From positions 49,106,001 through 49,170,000 of the forward strand of contig NC_058368.1 in assembly GCF_018350175.1 (NCBI RefSeq): DNA of 64,000 nt. Reading direction: 5' to 3'. The stretch comes from Felis catus. Taxonomy: Eukaryota. This document shows positions 38,635 to 51,056 of this stretch, piece by piece. The position numbers were made by a program, and so were the translations under genes. Numbering within the stretch: position 1 is the stretch's first letter; the number at the start of each line of letters is the position of its first letter. The notes under the pieces are model-generated. The model did not search any database, was not told the DNA's origin, and was given only the letters and a program-made list of their open reading frames with translations.

Positions 38635-39979
38635 TTAAAAATGTGCTTGAGTTTCTAATCCAGATCAATGAGTGCCGACTAGAAGAAACAAGCTAGGAGA
38701 GAATAAGAAACGCTGACTTAGTAGCTACAAATTGCTTCTCACTTACGTGGGGCAGTGTCACTGGCTATCTCATTGCCTGTATGTAGCCAATGATTACCAT
38801 TTCATTGTACAAGTGTGCATTCCAGTTTTTGAGGGAGTGATGTGATATATGACCAATTTTCATCCTTTTAGGAGGAAAGAGACACTGTAAATTATTACAC
38901 AAAGATATGGACATTTCTTTAAGAAGTAGAAACAGAATTTAGTGTACTTTTCCCTGGTTTACAAGGTGCCTGAAATGTATTTCTTCTAAATGGTATTTTG
39001 AGTTTATACTTACTACATCTGTCCGTCTGCTACACTACAGTCTTAGGAAGTCCAAGAAAATCCTAGGCTATCCAAGTTAAACAAAAGTAAAATATCATAT
39101 ACTCTTTCTTATTTCCACAAACCACCCTCCCCTTGAAAAAAATTCCTTTCTCACTTCCTCCACCCTTATTCCCACTTTCCAGTGGAATAGCAGCTGTGTT
39201 TAGCTTGATGAATTTCAATAAGCTTTAACAGATGTTGGAGAGACCTATGTTAGTAATAATAAAAAAAGAAATAACTATTCAGAATTTCTGATCTACAAAT
39301 ACAGTTCCAGTTTTTTAACCATTCACAATTCAAAAATCCCAGGTAAAAAGGAAGGGTAATTCCAATCAAGGTGGGCAGCTTACGCCCTGCCAAAGTTAAC
39401 AGGAACACTTTAGATTTCATTGGGAGGTAGGGGAGGGGAGAAGGGGAACAGTGCTCCAGATATGAAAGATTAATGTAAACGTAGCCCACATCCTTTCAAA
39501 AAGCAAGTAATTGAGTCAGCAAATATGTAAATTCATGGACAAACAGAAGATGTTTACATTTAAATCTTTAAGGCTGCTTGCACAGTATGCTAAAGATCGT
39601 GTTGTTAAGGTTTGGGAAAAGAAGTTGGCCCGCAGGCAAATCCCCTTATTGTTACTGAACCATAACTGTGTTGGCTAATTCCCTGTACACTGACCTAGAC
39701 ACAGAGCCAAATGTTCACTTAGTACCAACTCAACCCTCTCTATTTGTTGTTATATTATAGAATATAGAAAAAAATCCCTCACATTTAATGAATCCCTACT
39801 CCGTCCCAAGCATTAAATGAGCACACTACCTATTTTATTTAATTCTTGTTTAAATTTGTGCCAGAGTAAAATGACCCTAGGAGAGTTTCAGAAACTTGCC
39901 AAATTACCTGGAAAACTACCTGGTTGTCTAATTCTTGGCCCTCCCCTCCCTCTTTTTGAGGGATCTCCATACTACCTTT

Positions 39980-40189
39980 AAAAAAGTTTTTTAACATTTT
40001 ATTTATTTTTGAGAGAGAGGCAGAGCATGAACGGGGGAGGGGCAGAGAGAAAGGGAGACACAGAATCAGAAGCAGGTTCTAGGCTCCCACCTGTCAGCGC
40101 ATAGCCTGATGGGGGCTGGAACCCAGGAACCATGAGATAACGACCTGAGCTGAAGTCGGATGCAATCAACTGAGCCACCCAGGCTCCCC
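39980..40189 (-). mobile_element. Can-SINE
   Basis: TSD ccatactaccttt at 39967-39979 / 40192-40204. Confidence 0.95.
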
Positions 40190-43119
40190 TACCATACTAC
40201 CTTTTAAAGAATCACCATATAGGAGAGTATCCATTCATATTATTTAGAAGTTGTCTTCAGACATGTCTGTATTAAGTTAGGCTTGCATATTTCTGTATTA
40301 TTTCAATGTTGATTTACTCAGATTTTGAGGGGCTCAGCCATTTATGGAAATATCCCAATGTTCTATGTTAGCCTGTTTCTTCCTTTCTTAAAGAAATAGT
40401 AACAATATTCAAGCATTTTGCTATTTCACCCCTCTGTTCATATAATTTTTGACTTTATTGAAAATTTTAAATGTACAAATTTCTTCAAAAGAAGTATTTT
40501 AAAGGATTTGGCATACATGGGAACTGTAAGACTTGGTCATATATGTGGTTGTATTCAGGTCTGACATAATCATATTCTGAGGAATCTAAAATGAATTCAA
40601 ATAATCTCACAGATCTGAATTTTTCATAAGCTTTTACATTTTCCAAATAAATAATACATGCTGCTACATAACTCGAAGACCTTATAGTACCAACATATAG
40701 TAATGAATGCATGAGCTTACATTAAGAAAATTCTTATCTTTCACACAAACCAGAAACTTAAGAGTTAGACTGGCTCGACACGCTCACAGCTGGAATGTAC
40801 ACATGTTGTAGCTTATTTGCCTCCCATCAAATGTTTCTCGGTCCAGATGTTCAGTGACTACAACATTCTTTTTCACTCTGCATCCATCCTAGACTATTGC
40901 CCACTAGATACATAAGAAGAGTAGGCTGTCTCAGAGATGAGGTTAGACCACAGACACCACTGAGGTTCTTATTAGTACCAAATGTCTTACCCATCTAGCA
41001 CTGCTTTATTTTAAAAGTTTATTTTCTAGGCTTGAAAGAAAAAAAAAGGTATCTTCAATACCTCACAACTTGATAACTAGTAATTCAGTCTAAATTTTCA
41101 CAGAATGCATGGGGCATATCAATGTCTACTTCACACCCATATTAGAAGAATGGTGTTATGTAGTTCCAGGCTAACAAGTTCAAATCCTTCTGTAAAGCAG
41201 ATCAAAATGATCTATAGAATCCATTTATCCTCTCTTCCTTACTTACAGAAAGGTAACACTTTAGAACCTTAATGTTTTGTTTCACGTTGGTTTGGTTTTC
41301 CCCTATGTCCCCTTTGGTTAGAAACGACTTCTGAATTTCCATTCCCAATGCCACCCTCCACTTCTTGAAATCTTACCATTTTTTTAAGAATCCAGTTTAT
41401 ACACCAACTTTTCAGTAAAACGTCCCCTAATCTTAACCCCCAAACCCACACAAATACCATCCTTCTCTCCTGTGGCATTTTATGCCACTCTTAGATCACT
41501 TATCACTTCACAGTTATTAAATAATAACTGTAGCTATAGTTATTTCTATTCATTATTTATGTCCTTCACTTGAATTAAGTCTCATGTAGATGGGATTTTG
41601 ACTGGTAAATGTAAAGTCCCACGTCTAGTGTGTTTTTCAGAAAAAGTGCTTCACGCATAGCATTTTAAGAGTTGTAGTTTTTTGTTTGTTTGTTTTTAGT
41701 AGAATTAAACCCAAACAGAATATAGACAATCATGCTAAAGGTTTCCACAATCATTATTCAGGCTTAGTCCACGTTGACAGGAAATCCGAACCTCCATTTA
41801 CCCAGCTGCAACCATAGCTTTCTATTTCTTTTTCTAACCCTCCACCTACACAGACAACAGTGGGCACCGCGGGTTCTCATTTCGTCAGCACTAACTGAAT
41901 CTATACTGGATTGTGTGGCACAAATGGTGAGAATACTAGTCCCGTGCAAAGCTGAGGCAACTCATGATATTACTTTAGATAAGCCTAGGGAGAGAGAGGT
42001 AACAGCAAACTGGTTAGTGGAAACAGGCTCTACTGGTTGGCTCAGAAAGGCTGGAATGAAGGAGATGTCAAAACAAACAACCCCTCTGATAACATAAGTG
42101 ACTTTGACTTCTATGTTCCATCTTGTGTTTGAGGAAACTCTCTAGGATTCTGTCGTGAATACCCTTTCTATCATTCTCTGATTTAATACACTTTATTGTC
42201 AGAACGCGGGAAATACAGACAAAACTCCAATTCAGCAATATCTTCCTCGAGTAACAAATGAAAAACGTGTCAAGTATGTTATGTGCTTGTGGCACTTATT
42301 TAAAGCTTGGTGAAGTCTGGGTCAACTGTAGGTCTGTTTTAAAACTCACCTAACAGAGAAGTTGCCTAATGAATGCATTGCAAATATTTAACGAATAGCA
42401 AAAGTAACCATACATTCAGAATAAATTTTTTTTAATTTATATATATTTTTTTAGTTTTAGAAATTACCCATGCTCATTTAAACCCTTCTTACTCAATAAA
42501 TATCCTGAGGTCTGAATGTTATATAGATTCCCATCCACTAACCAAAAGTAAATGTGGGATTTCTCTAAGTCAAAACAATGGCAAGCAAAGAATTCATTTC
42601 AAATAGTTTACCGCTCCATTAAAGTTTCTTCACTAAAATCAACCCTGATAAAAGGATAATTTTTGTCAGGTTTAAATTAAAGTCATAACAACACATGTGG
42701 AACATGGATTATTTCCAGTTCACAGATTCTCTTGGGGTTGCTTTGGAATAAATGTCAGGGTGAGATGGAGTCATCTTAAATGCAATGACTATGAGTAAAC
42801 TCTTCCTTTACAAATAAATAATTAGACTAAGCTAATATCTTCTCTTTATAAGTTCTATGTGCTACCTTTGGAAATCAGATGCTATTTCCTTTGCTTCTAT
42901 GTTAGTGATTCCTATTTGTTTTGATTGGCTGATAGCTTAGGACACCATTTTGGAATATGCCTCAAAGGTAAGAAACCCAACATAATCTGTATCTTTTATT
43001 CTAGCTCTACACAGCTGTGGAAGCAGAATGAAATAGGGAAGATCAGAGAGGGTAGGCAATTGGATTTAAACAGGTATAATGTTTGCCGCTCATGTTTTTT
43101 TCTGAAATTCTAGTATATT

Positions 43120-44500
43120 CAGCTCAACTTATATTTATTGAGAATCCATGATGTGCTAGGTACAGTCTTAAATGTCATGGGGGGGGGGAACATAGTAGTT
43201 ATCATCAAAGGAAGTAATAATCTAGTGATGGAGACATACATAGTTATCTGCTAGTTACAGTGTGGTCCATGATGGGCAGAGGGACACAAAAAATTTGAGA
43301 TGGAGGGGAAAAGCAGTTCAGGTAACAACTTTAGTTACAAATAAAGATCAAGAAAACCTTCCTGAAGGAAGGGACACTTGTATAGTGTCTTAAAGGACAG
43401 AAAAATTTCAAGAGGCAGAGATGGGAGAAATAGGCTTCTTGGAATATGGAAAAGTAGGGACAAATGTTTACAAACAGAAGAGTACATGTTAGATTGTATA
43501 TGGCAAAGGGTATGGTAGACCCAGAAACCTGAATTCATGGAGTTATGGTGAGGGCATGGTTATGAAAACAGTGTTGTCTGGATTTTGTTCTGTGAACAAC
43601 AAAAGCCATTGACGACTGGTAGAAGGAAATGATGTTCTTTAATTTTGATTTTCCACATAAGTCTTTTAACAAATAAGATTAAAAATAAAGAAAGAAATTT
43701 TACGAAGATCTTTCATAAAGCAATGCATCCTGTCTTTCAGTGGTGGAGACTCGGAAGCAGAGCAACTAGGTAGGATGCCATTTCAGTCATCTGAGTATGA
43801 ACTTTTAGGTGATGGCAATGAGAATGCAAAGGAAGAAACTAATGTTAAACACACTACGAACACTGAATTAAGAGCCCTTGGACACCACATGGGTGTAAAG
43901 AGAGAGAGGGAGAAGACCCAGGTGTTTCCGAAGAGAAAGTTTCTGAAAAGAATTCCATGTGGGAATTGCACACACAGGGGCTGTGATCATCAGAATTTGT
44001 CACCTCTAGGCTGGTACTTGGGATGGGAATGGGCAGTGAAGACTGTCACTTGAGGCAGTGGTGTAATACAAAACTGAGAAAGGCTAACTGGCAATTATGC
44101 AGGAAGATGGTACGCAGCTGACATACAGGGTGCCACAGTGGCAGATGAACAAATCCAGAGTGTAAAAGCAGAAATCTAGATCTAAGGAGAGGCAGCAAGT
44201 GTATATAAGCTAAGAGCAAAAGGGGCTGGGTCTAGGGAAAATGCTGTAATTGAGTCTCAGTTGGCCAGAATGAATATGTAGGCCCACTTTAGGGGACCAA
44301 AATAGGAAAAGCAACTTTGCATCTCATGAGAGTTTGAAGTGACTATATAGATAAACTGCTGGAAATTGGATTCGGATTCAGAGAAAAGATGGTGGCTAAA
44401 CATGGAGAGAGTTTGAATTCACCTTCATAGAGATGAGTCAGCATTGTCGGACAGAGTGCACCACCAAAGAGGAAATACAGAAATTAAAAACAATGCAACT
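43120..44500 (-). mobile_element. L2 (LINE2) remnants, probably with an unidentified insert near 43950-44310
   Basis: 'tatttattgagaatccatgatgtgctaggtacagt' is the reversed L2 3' end; purine-rich decayed body. Confidence 0.6.
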
Positions 44501-46014
44501 TTGGTGGAATGGGTTCCAGTAAGAGCTACAAGGCCAGGAGGTAGGCATTTTCTAGTGAAAAAAAACACCCATGTTTACCAAAAGTGTCACTTGACTTTTC
44601 CATAACTAAACTTAAATATCCCAAACTCCCATTTTCCCCATAAGGCAGAAAAACCTTACACTGGTGAATAAATTCCAAGTTGTTTCAGTCATTTCAGGTT
44701 TATTCAGGATTCCTCCCTGTTTCTGCATCACTCCTGGGAGGCATCTTAGTCCTTGAAGGCACACATGGGACCAAAGCATTAGTGAGAATGGAGCATCTAA
44801 TACTGGGTTTTCAGAATGGGTTGAGCTTTCTATTGGATTTTCATGCACCTGAAGTGAGGTTCACTCATCTGTTCATGCAGGATGTGATGAGATTTCCATG
44901 TCCTGCAGGATGACTGTCCTCTTTTACCTGACCATACATTACTACCAGGTCTTCTAGCCCTCCCTCAACTAACTTCTTCTGTCTTCTAGAAAACATAGAG
45001 GCCTCTAGTGCTAAGGGAGAATGCTTGAGACTGCCTGAGCCACTCTGAGACCTAACACCCAAAGCAGCCACTTGCATTCCCACCATATGTTAACAGTGAT
45101 GTTGTTTAGTTTGTGGCCACTCAAGGATTATTCCACACTTCTCTGATGTATCCTATTCAGTCCTCGACTCCTATAATAATCACTAATGTTAAATATTCAT
45201 TGGAATCAAAGAGGATAAAGAAGGTAAATAAATATTGAAAGATTTTCATTGACCATAACCTTTATCTGAAAGTTATTTAAAATCAAGATATATGCTCATT
45301 CTGATCACTGGATTATGCTGGACTCCACTAACCTCCAGTCAAATTCATGCATAAAAGTCATTCAGTTGATAAAAGCCATGAGTTTCATAATATTCTACAT
45401 TTAGACACTGCTCTGTGTGCCTGGAACCCCTCAGGAGAGGGTTCCTCAATCTTCCGTGGCAGCAGGAGTATTTGGGGTTGCCAACACAGGGACAAGGAGT
45501 GTAGGATTTAACTGTTCCTTAGGTAAACTTTCAGACAATTATCCTGTTTTCAACCTGACCCCTTATCATTTTCAGAGGTAACTGGTGCTTCCAATTTCTG
45601 ATCCTTTCTAAAATTCTGTGATAAAAATTGGCAAGGAAGTTATACTTCAGTGTTGCTGCTCTGCTAATAACTAATAATTACATTTCAATTATCTGTTTTC
45701 TGACTTTGAAAATTGTATTAACATTTCTTGTCTGTTTTCATCTCCTCTCATTTTACCATTGCCCCTATTTCAAAATTTTGCATACTTTTTAATATCTTAT
45801 TCTTTATTTCCTTTAATTTCATAATAGTGGGGTTTCAGGATGGGGCACAGAAAAATGAGCATATCTTACTCAAATAGATTTCCATCCATAGCATCCTAAA
45901 GTCCCTAATATCTGTGATGCTGAATTAAGTATGATTCAAAATAATTAAAGCCGTTTAATGCTGTATCCTATGAGCAAAATCTCAGCTAGATTCTGGGATT
46001 AGTAAAGGCAAATA

Positions 46015-46220
46015 ATAATTATAGCTATCATTTATGGAGTGCTTACTTTATGCCAGACTCTCTTTTAATCTGTTTTTAGATATTAAATAATTTAATCCTC
46101 ATATCTACATGAGGTATGATCTATTTTAAAGATGAGGAAATTGTTCAATAAATTACAAGTCTCACAGCCTCCAAATAGTAGAGCTAGAATTCAAACCAAG
46201 CTGCTTAACAACTTCATAGA
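46015..46220 (-). mobile_element. MIR fragment
   Basis: 'catttatggagtgcttactttatgccag...tttaatcctca...agatgaggaaa...gaattcaaacc'. Confidence 0.75.
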
Positions 46221-47418
46221 AACATGTTAATATCTATTTTGGCAATAGGGATTGAGGGTTAGGATTTGGCCTGAGCAGAAGCCCGACTGTTGTCTTTTCC
46301 TTCTCCATTTAAATTCGACCTCTATTTTTAAACTGTTAGTATGCAAGACCACTAACACAATTCCCGAACCATTCTGGGAAGGCCATTCTGCACAGTCTAG
46401 GCTTATCTCCCTTTATCATGATTTAGTAGGAATATCCCTGCCCTATAAGTGGCTCTCTTGTATGACATGGAGCGAATCACTACACCATTCAGGGACCTGG
46501 CATTCTTATCTGTACACTGAAGAGATTATACCAAGAGATAATAATCTCAGCCAAGATTTATTCACCTATGTTGTGTGGTGAGAGCTTCATTAATACACAT
46601 GGGTAGTCTATTCATTAAGTAATTTTTAAATTTTGAAGTGATGTAAGTAAATGAGTATGAATTTGTTTCATGACTCTTCCCTCAGGACACTGAAATAGAT
46701 CCCATTTAACGAAATGTCAAGTGCAAGTTGTTCTTTGTACTTCCAGGGATCTGTGTATTACCCGTACTTGTATTCTAACAGCCATTTGAAGTCTGATTCA
46801 ATTCTCAGTTTCATGAAGTCCTCTCCTTTTCTCATCCAGCCACACTGATCTCCTTTCTGAATTAGAACATATGTACGAGAATCAATGTACCAGTGATTAA
46901 ATACTGGGCTATATTCATATTCTTTTTTATGTTTGCTTTGTTTCACCAAAGAAATTATAAACTTTGTGGAAGGTAAATATAAAATCTTGGTCTTATTTTT
47001 AAAAAGACTTCTATGAAAACTTATATAATGCTTGGCACAAGTTGAAATGTTACATTTCAGAAATTAGAAATTAGAAAACACCAACATGTGAATTTTACAC
47101 CCAGACTTGGTGATACAAAGCTTGTTTTGGTCTTTCTTAAAAGAGAGAAAATTCCAACTATTTTGGGTAAAGATTTATTTTTAATTTAAAGTTTTCTATT
47201 TTCTCATTTTATATTTAATACATATGGATTCTACTGTAACATCTGAGAATTCAGTGGAATTGCCAGATTTTCATCCTCTGTTTCTCAGTTCAGTGGTTGG
47301 CAGAGGATGTAACACATGAAATGGTAATAAAGTTAGAAAATAAAACCAACTCATATCCATAGGAACAAATGCTTACAATTACAAGAGAAACTTGTCTCCC
47401 TTTAAACACTCCTTCTTT

Positions 47419-47636
47419 GGGGTGCCTGGGTGGCTCAATCGGTTGAGTGTCCAACTTCAGTTCAGGTCATGATCTCACAGCTTGTGGGTTCGAGCCCCAC
47501 ATCGGGCTCTGTGCTGACAGTCAGATCCTGGAGCCTGCTTTGGATTCTGTGTCCCTCTCTCACCCTACCCCTCCCCTGCTCATGCTCTGTCTCTCTGTCT
47601 GTCTCTCCAGAATAATAAACACACACACACACACAC
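47419..47636 (+). mobile_element. Can-SINE with tail converted to (AC)n
   Basis: TSD taaacactcctt at 47403 and 47637. Confidence 0.95.
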
Positions 47637-47959
47637 TAAACACTCCTTTATTGGACACAATGATAGTAACTAAATACAACTCATGGGAAGAACATGACCA
47701 AACAACATTTCTTACAGTGTTTAGTCTTAGCTTTTTGGTAAACCTCTGTGTCATATCAATAGATTTTATTCATCATCTATGATGCTGTTAGTTCCATCCA
47801 AACTGAACTAGATTTCCAAAGAGAATTATCAACTTCCTTGTTATAATTTATATCTTTATTACCTATATTCTCTTATAATACCTTTATATCTATATATTAA
47901 TGCCCTAATGATACTAAAAACCACTTAAGTATCACATGACTTAAAAAAAAATTTGTAAA

Positions 47960-48165
47960 GGGGCACCTGGGTGGCTCAGTCAGTTAAGTGTCTGGCTCTT
48001 GATCTCTACTCAGGTCATGATCTCATGGTTCGTGAGATTGAGCCCTTTGTCAGGCTCTGCACTGACACTGTGGAGACTACTTGGGATCCCATGTCTCCCT
48101 CTCTCTCTCTGCCCCTCCCCTGCTCTCTCTCTCTCTCTCTCAAAATAAATAAATAAAACTTGAAA
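47960..48165 (+). mobile_element. Can-SINE
   Basis: 'ggggcacctgggtggctcagtcagttaag...ctcaaaataaataaataaaac'. Confidence 0.93.
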
Positions 48166-48568
48166 AAAATGGTATAGTACTAGGCTCATAGGGCTCAACT
48201 GGAGCATTACATTTTAGGTAATTAAGAGAAAGTGGTTGTATGGGAAAACATTAGAAAGCTTTACATTCTTTTCAAAGTTTATAGCACATAAAAAAGACAT
48301 CTCATTCAAAACTGTATTTCCAGAATCATAGCAAGAAAGAAAAAGTCACTAAGGGCTGGGATTTGGAGAAGTTCTTCAAGGACTTTTCAACTCTACTTCT
48401 CCAAAATGTCCTCTCAACCCGGGATGAAATTATGGGACACTCCACTGGAACACCAGCTGATGAATATACTCTGAAATTAAGTCCTAGGCAGAAAAAACAA
48501 AACCAAAACAAAACACCACTTTTGTTTGTACCAATTCAAAGATGAGCATCTGTTCTATTTATTTAGAT

Positions 48569-48775
48569 CAAGTGTTGGTGAACAACGACAGACAAGTCAG
48601 ATTCGAACACTGCCTGTTTTTTTTAAATAAAATTGTATTTAGACATAGACACATCCACTTGTTTACATATTGTCTATGGCCACTTTGGCAATAAAACAGA
48701 AGAGCTAAGTAGACCACAGAGCTGAACATATTTACTATTTGACTCTTTGACAAACTTAAAAGTTTGTCATCCCTG
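48569..48775. mobile_element. MER58A-like hAT MITE
   Basis: 'gcctgttttt...aaataaaa...gtttacatattgtctatggc...aaagtttgtcatccctg'; perfect 8-bp TSD atttagat at 48561-48568 / 48776-48783. Confidence 0.9.
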
Positions 48776-50423
48776 ATTTAGATACCCTTCTTGACTCCTC
48801 TCCCATGTGCTGATATATGTACAACACACAGAGGTTGATTAATAAATATCACTAATTTTTAAATTAATTATTTATTAATTAACTTGTTCTGGTGTTGAAT
48901 CTATCTGATTTGGACTACGTAGAAGTTTCATGAATAGGAAACACAAGATTTAGTCTGGTGACAAAATCCTTTTTCACATTTTCCAAATTCCAAATGATCA
49001 GAAATTAAGCAATGGATATTGTAGAAACCAAAGCAAAGCATGAACTTAAAAATCATAATTCCAGTTTTCCCATCACCACTTGCTAAAGAGACTGTCTTTA
49101 TTCCATTGGATATTCTTTCCTGCTTTGTCAAAGATTAGTTGGCCATACATTTGTGGGTCCATTTCTGGGTTCTCTATTCTGTTCCATTGATCTGAGTGTC
49201 TGTTCTTGTGCCACTACCATACTGTCTTGATGATTGCAGCTTTGTAATACAGCTTGAAGTCTGGGATTGCAATGCCTCCTGCTTTGGTTTTCTTTTTCAA
49301 GATTGCTTTGGCTATTCGGGGTCTTTTCTGGCTCCATACAAATTTTAGGATTGTTCGTTCTCACTCTGTGAAAAATACTGGTGTTATTTTGATAGGTATT
49401 GCATTGAATATGTAGATTGCTTTGGGTATTGACATTTTAACAATATTTGTTCTTCCTGTACAGGAGCACGGGATATTTTTCCATTTTTTTTGTGTCTTCT
49501 TCAATTCTTTCATAAACTTTCTATAGTTTTCAGTATATAGATTTTCCACCTCTTTGGTTAGATTTATTCCTAGATATTTTATGATTTTTGGTGCAATTGT
49601 AAATGGGATCAATTCCTTGATTTCTCTTTCTGTTGCTTCATTGTTGGTGTATAGGACAGCGACATGCAGATAAATGAAACTTTCTTACACCATCCACAAA
49701 AGTAAACTCAAAATGGATGAAAGACCTAAATGTAAGATAGGAAGCCATCAAAATCCTTGAGGAGAAAGCAGGCAAAAACCTCTCTGACCTTGGCTGCAGC
49801 AACTTCTTATTCAACATATCTCCGGAGGCAAGGGAAACAAAAGCAAAAATGAACTATTGGGACCTCATCAAAATAAAAAAGCTTCTGTACAGCGAAGGAA
49901 ACAGCAAAACTAAAAGGCACCCAACAGAATGTGAGAAGGTATTTGCAAACGACATTATCAGATAAAGGGTTAGTATCCAAAATCTATAAAGAACTTATCA
50001 AACTCAACACCCAAAAAGCAAATAATCCAGTGAGGAAATGGGCAAAGGACATGAATAGACACTTTTCCAAAGAAGACATCCAGATGGCCAACTGACACAT
50101 GAAAAAATGCTTCACATCACTCATCATCAGGGAAATATAAACCAAAACCACAATGAGATACCACCTCACACCTGTCACAATCACAATGGCTAACATTAAC
50201 AACTCAGGCAACAGCAGATGTAGTTGGCAAGGATGCGGAGAAAGAGGATCTCTTTTGCACTGCTGGTGGGAATGTAAACTGGTGCAGCCACTCTAGAAAA
50301 CAGTAGGGAGGTTCCTCAAAAAATTAAAAATTGAACTACCCTATGACCCAGCAATTGCACTGCTAGGTATTTATTCAAGGAATACAGGTATGCTGTTTCA
50401 AAGGTGCACATGCCCCAATATTT

Positions 50424-50579
50424 ATAGCAGCACTATCCACCATATTTTTCCATAGGCAAAGTATGGAAAGAGCCCAAATGTCCATTGATGGATGAATGGA
50501 TATAGCAGTACTATCCACCATACTTTTCCATAGGCAAAGTATGAAAAGAGCCCAAATGTCCATTGATGGATGAATGGAT
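50424..50579. repeat. 78-bp tandem duplication in L1 (3 mismatches)
   Basis: Units start at 50424 and 50502 ('atagcag...gaatggat'). Confidence 0.93.
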
Positions 50580-50591
50580 AAAGAATGTGTG

Positions 50592-50596
<5 letters not shown>

Positions 50597-50638
<42 letters not shown>

Positions 50639-50639
50639 A

Positions 50640-50694
<55 letters not shown>
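50597..50694. repeat. (GT)n/(TA)n compound microsatellite
   Basis: Directly visible. Confidence 0.95.
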
Positions 50695-50697
<3 letters not shown>

Positions 50698-50846
50698 GGA
50701 GTATTACTTGGCAATCAAAAAGAATGAAATCTTGCCATTTGCAACTAAGTAGATGGAACTAGAAGGCATTATGCTAAGCGAAATTAGTCAGAGAAAGACA
50801 AATATCATATGACTTCAGTCATATGATGACTTTAAGATACAAAACA

Positions 50847-51056
50847 GGGGCCCCTGGGTGGCTCAGTTAAGTGACCGATTTTGGCTCAGGTCATGATCTT
50901 GCAGTCTGTGGGTTCAAGCCCCACATCAGGCTCTGTGCTGGCAGCTCAGATTCTGGAGCCTGCTTCATATTCTGTCTCTCTCTCTTTCTCTGCCCCTCCC
51001 CCGCTTATGCTCTGTTTCTCTCAAGAATAAACATTCAAAAATTTTTAAATAAAAAA
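50847..51056 (+). mobile_element. Can-SINE nested in the L1 3' UTR
   Basis: TSD aagatacaaaaca at 50834-50846 / 51057-51069. Confidence 0.95.
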
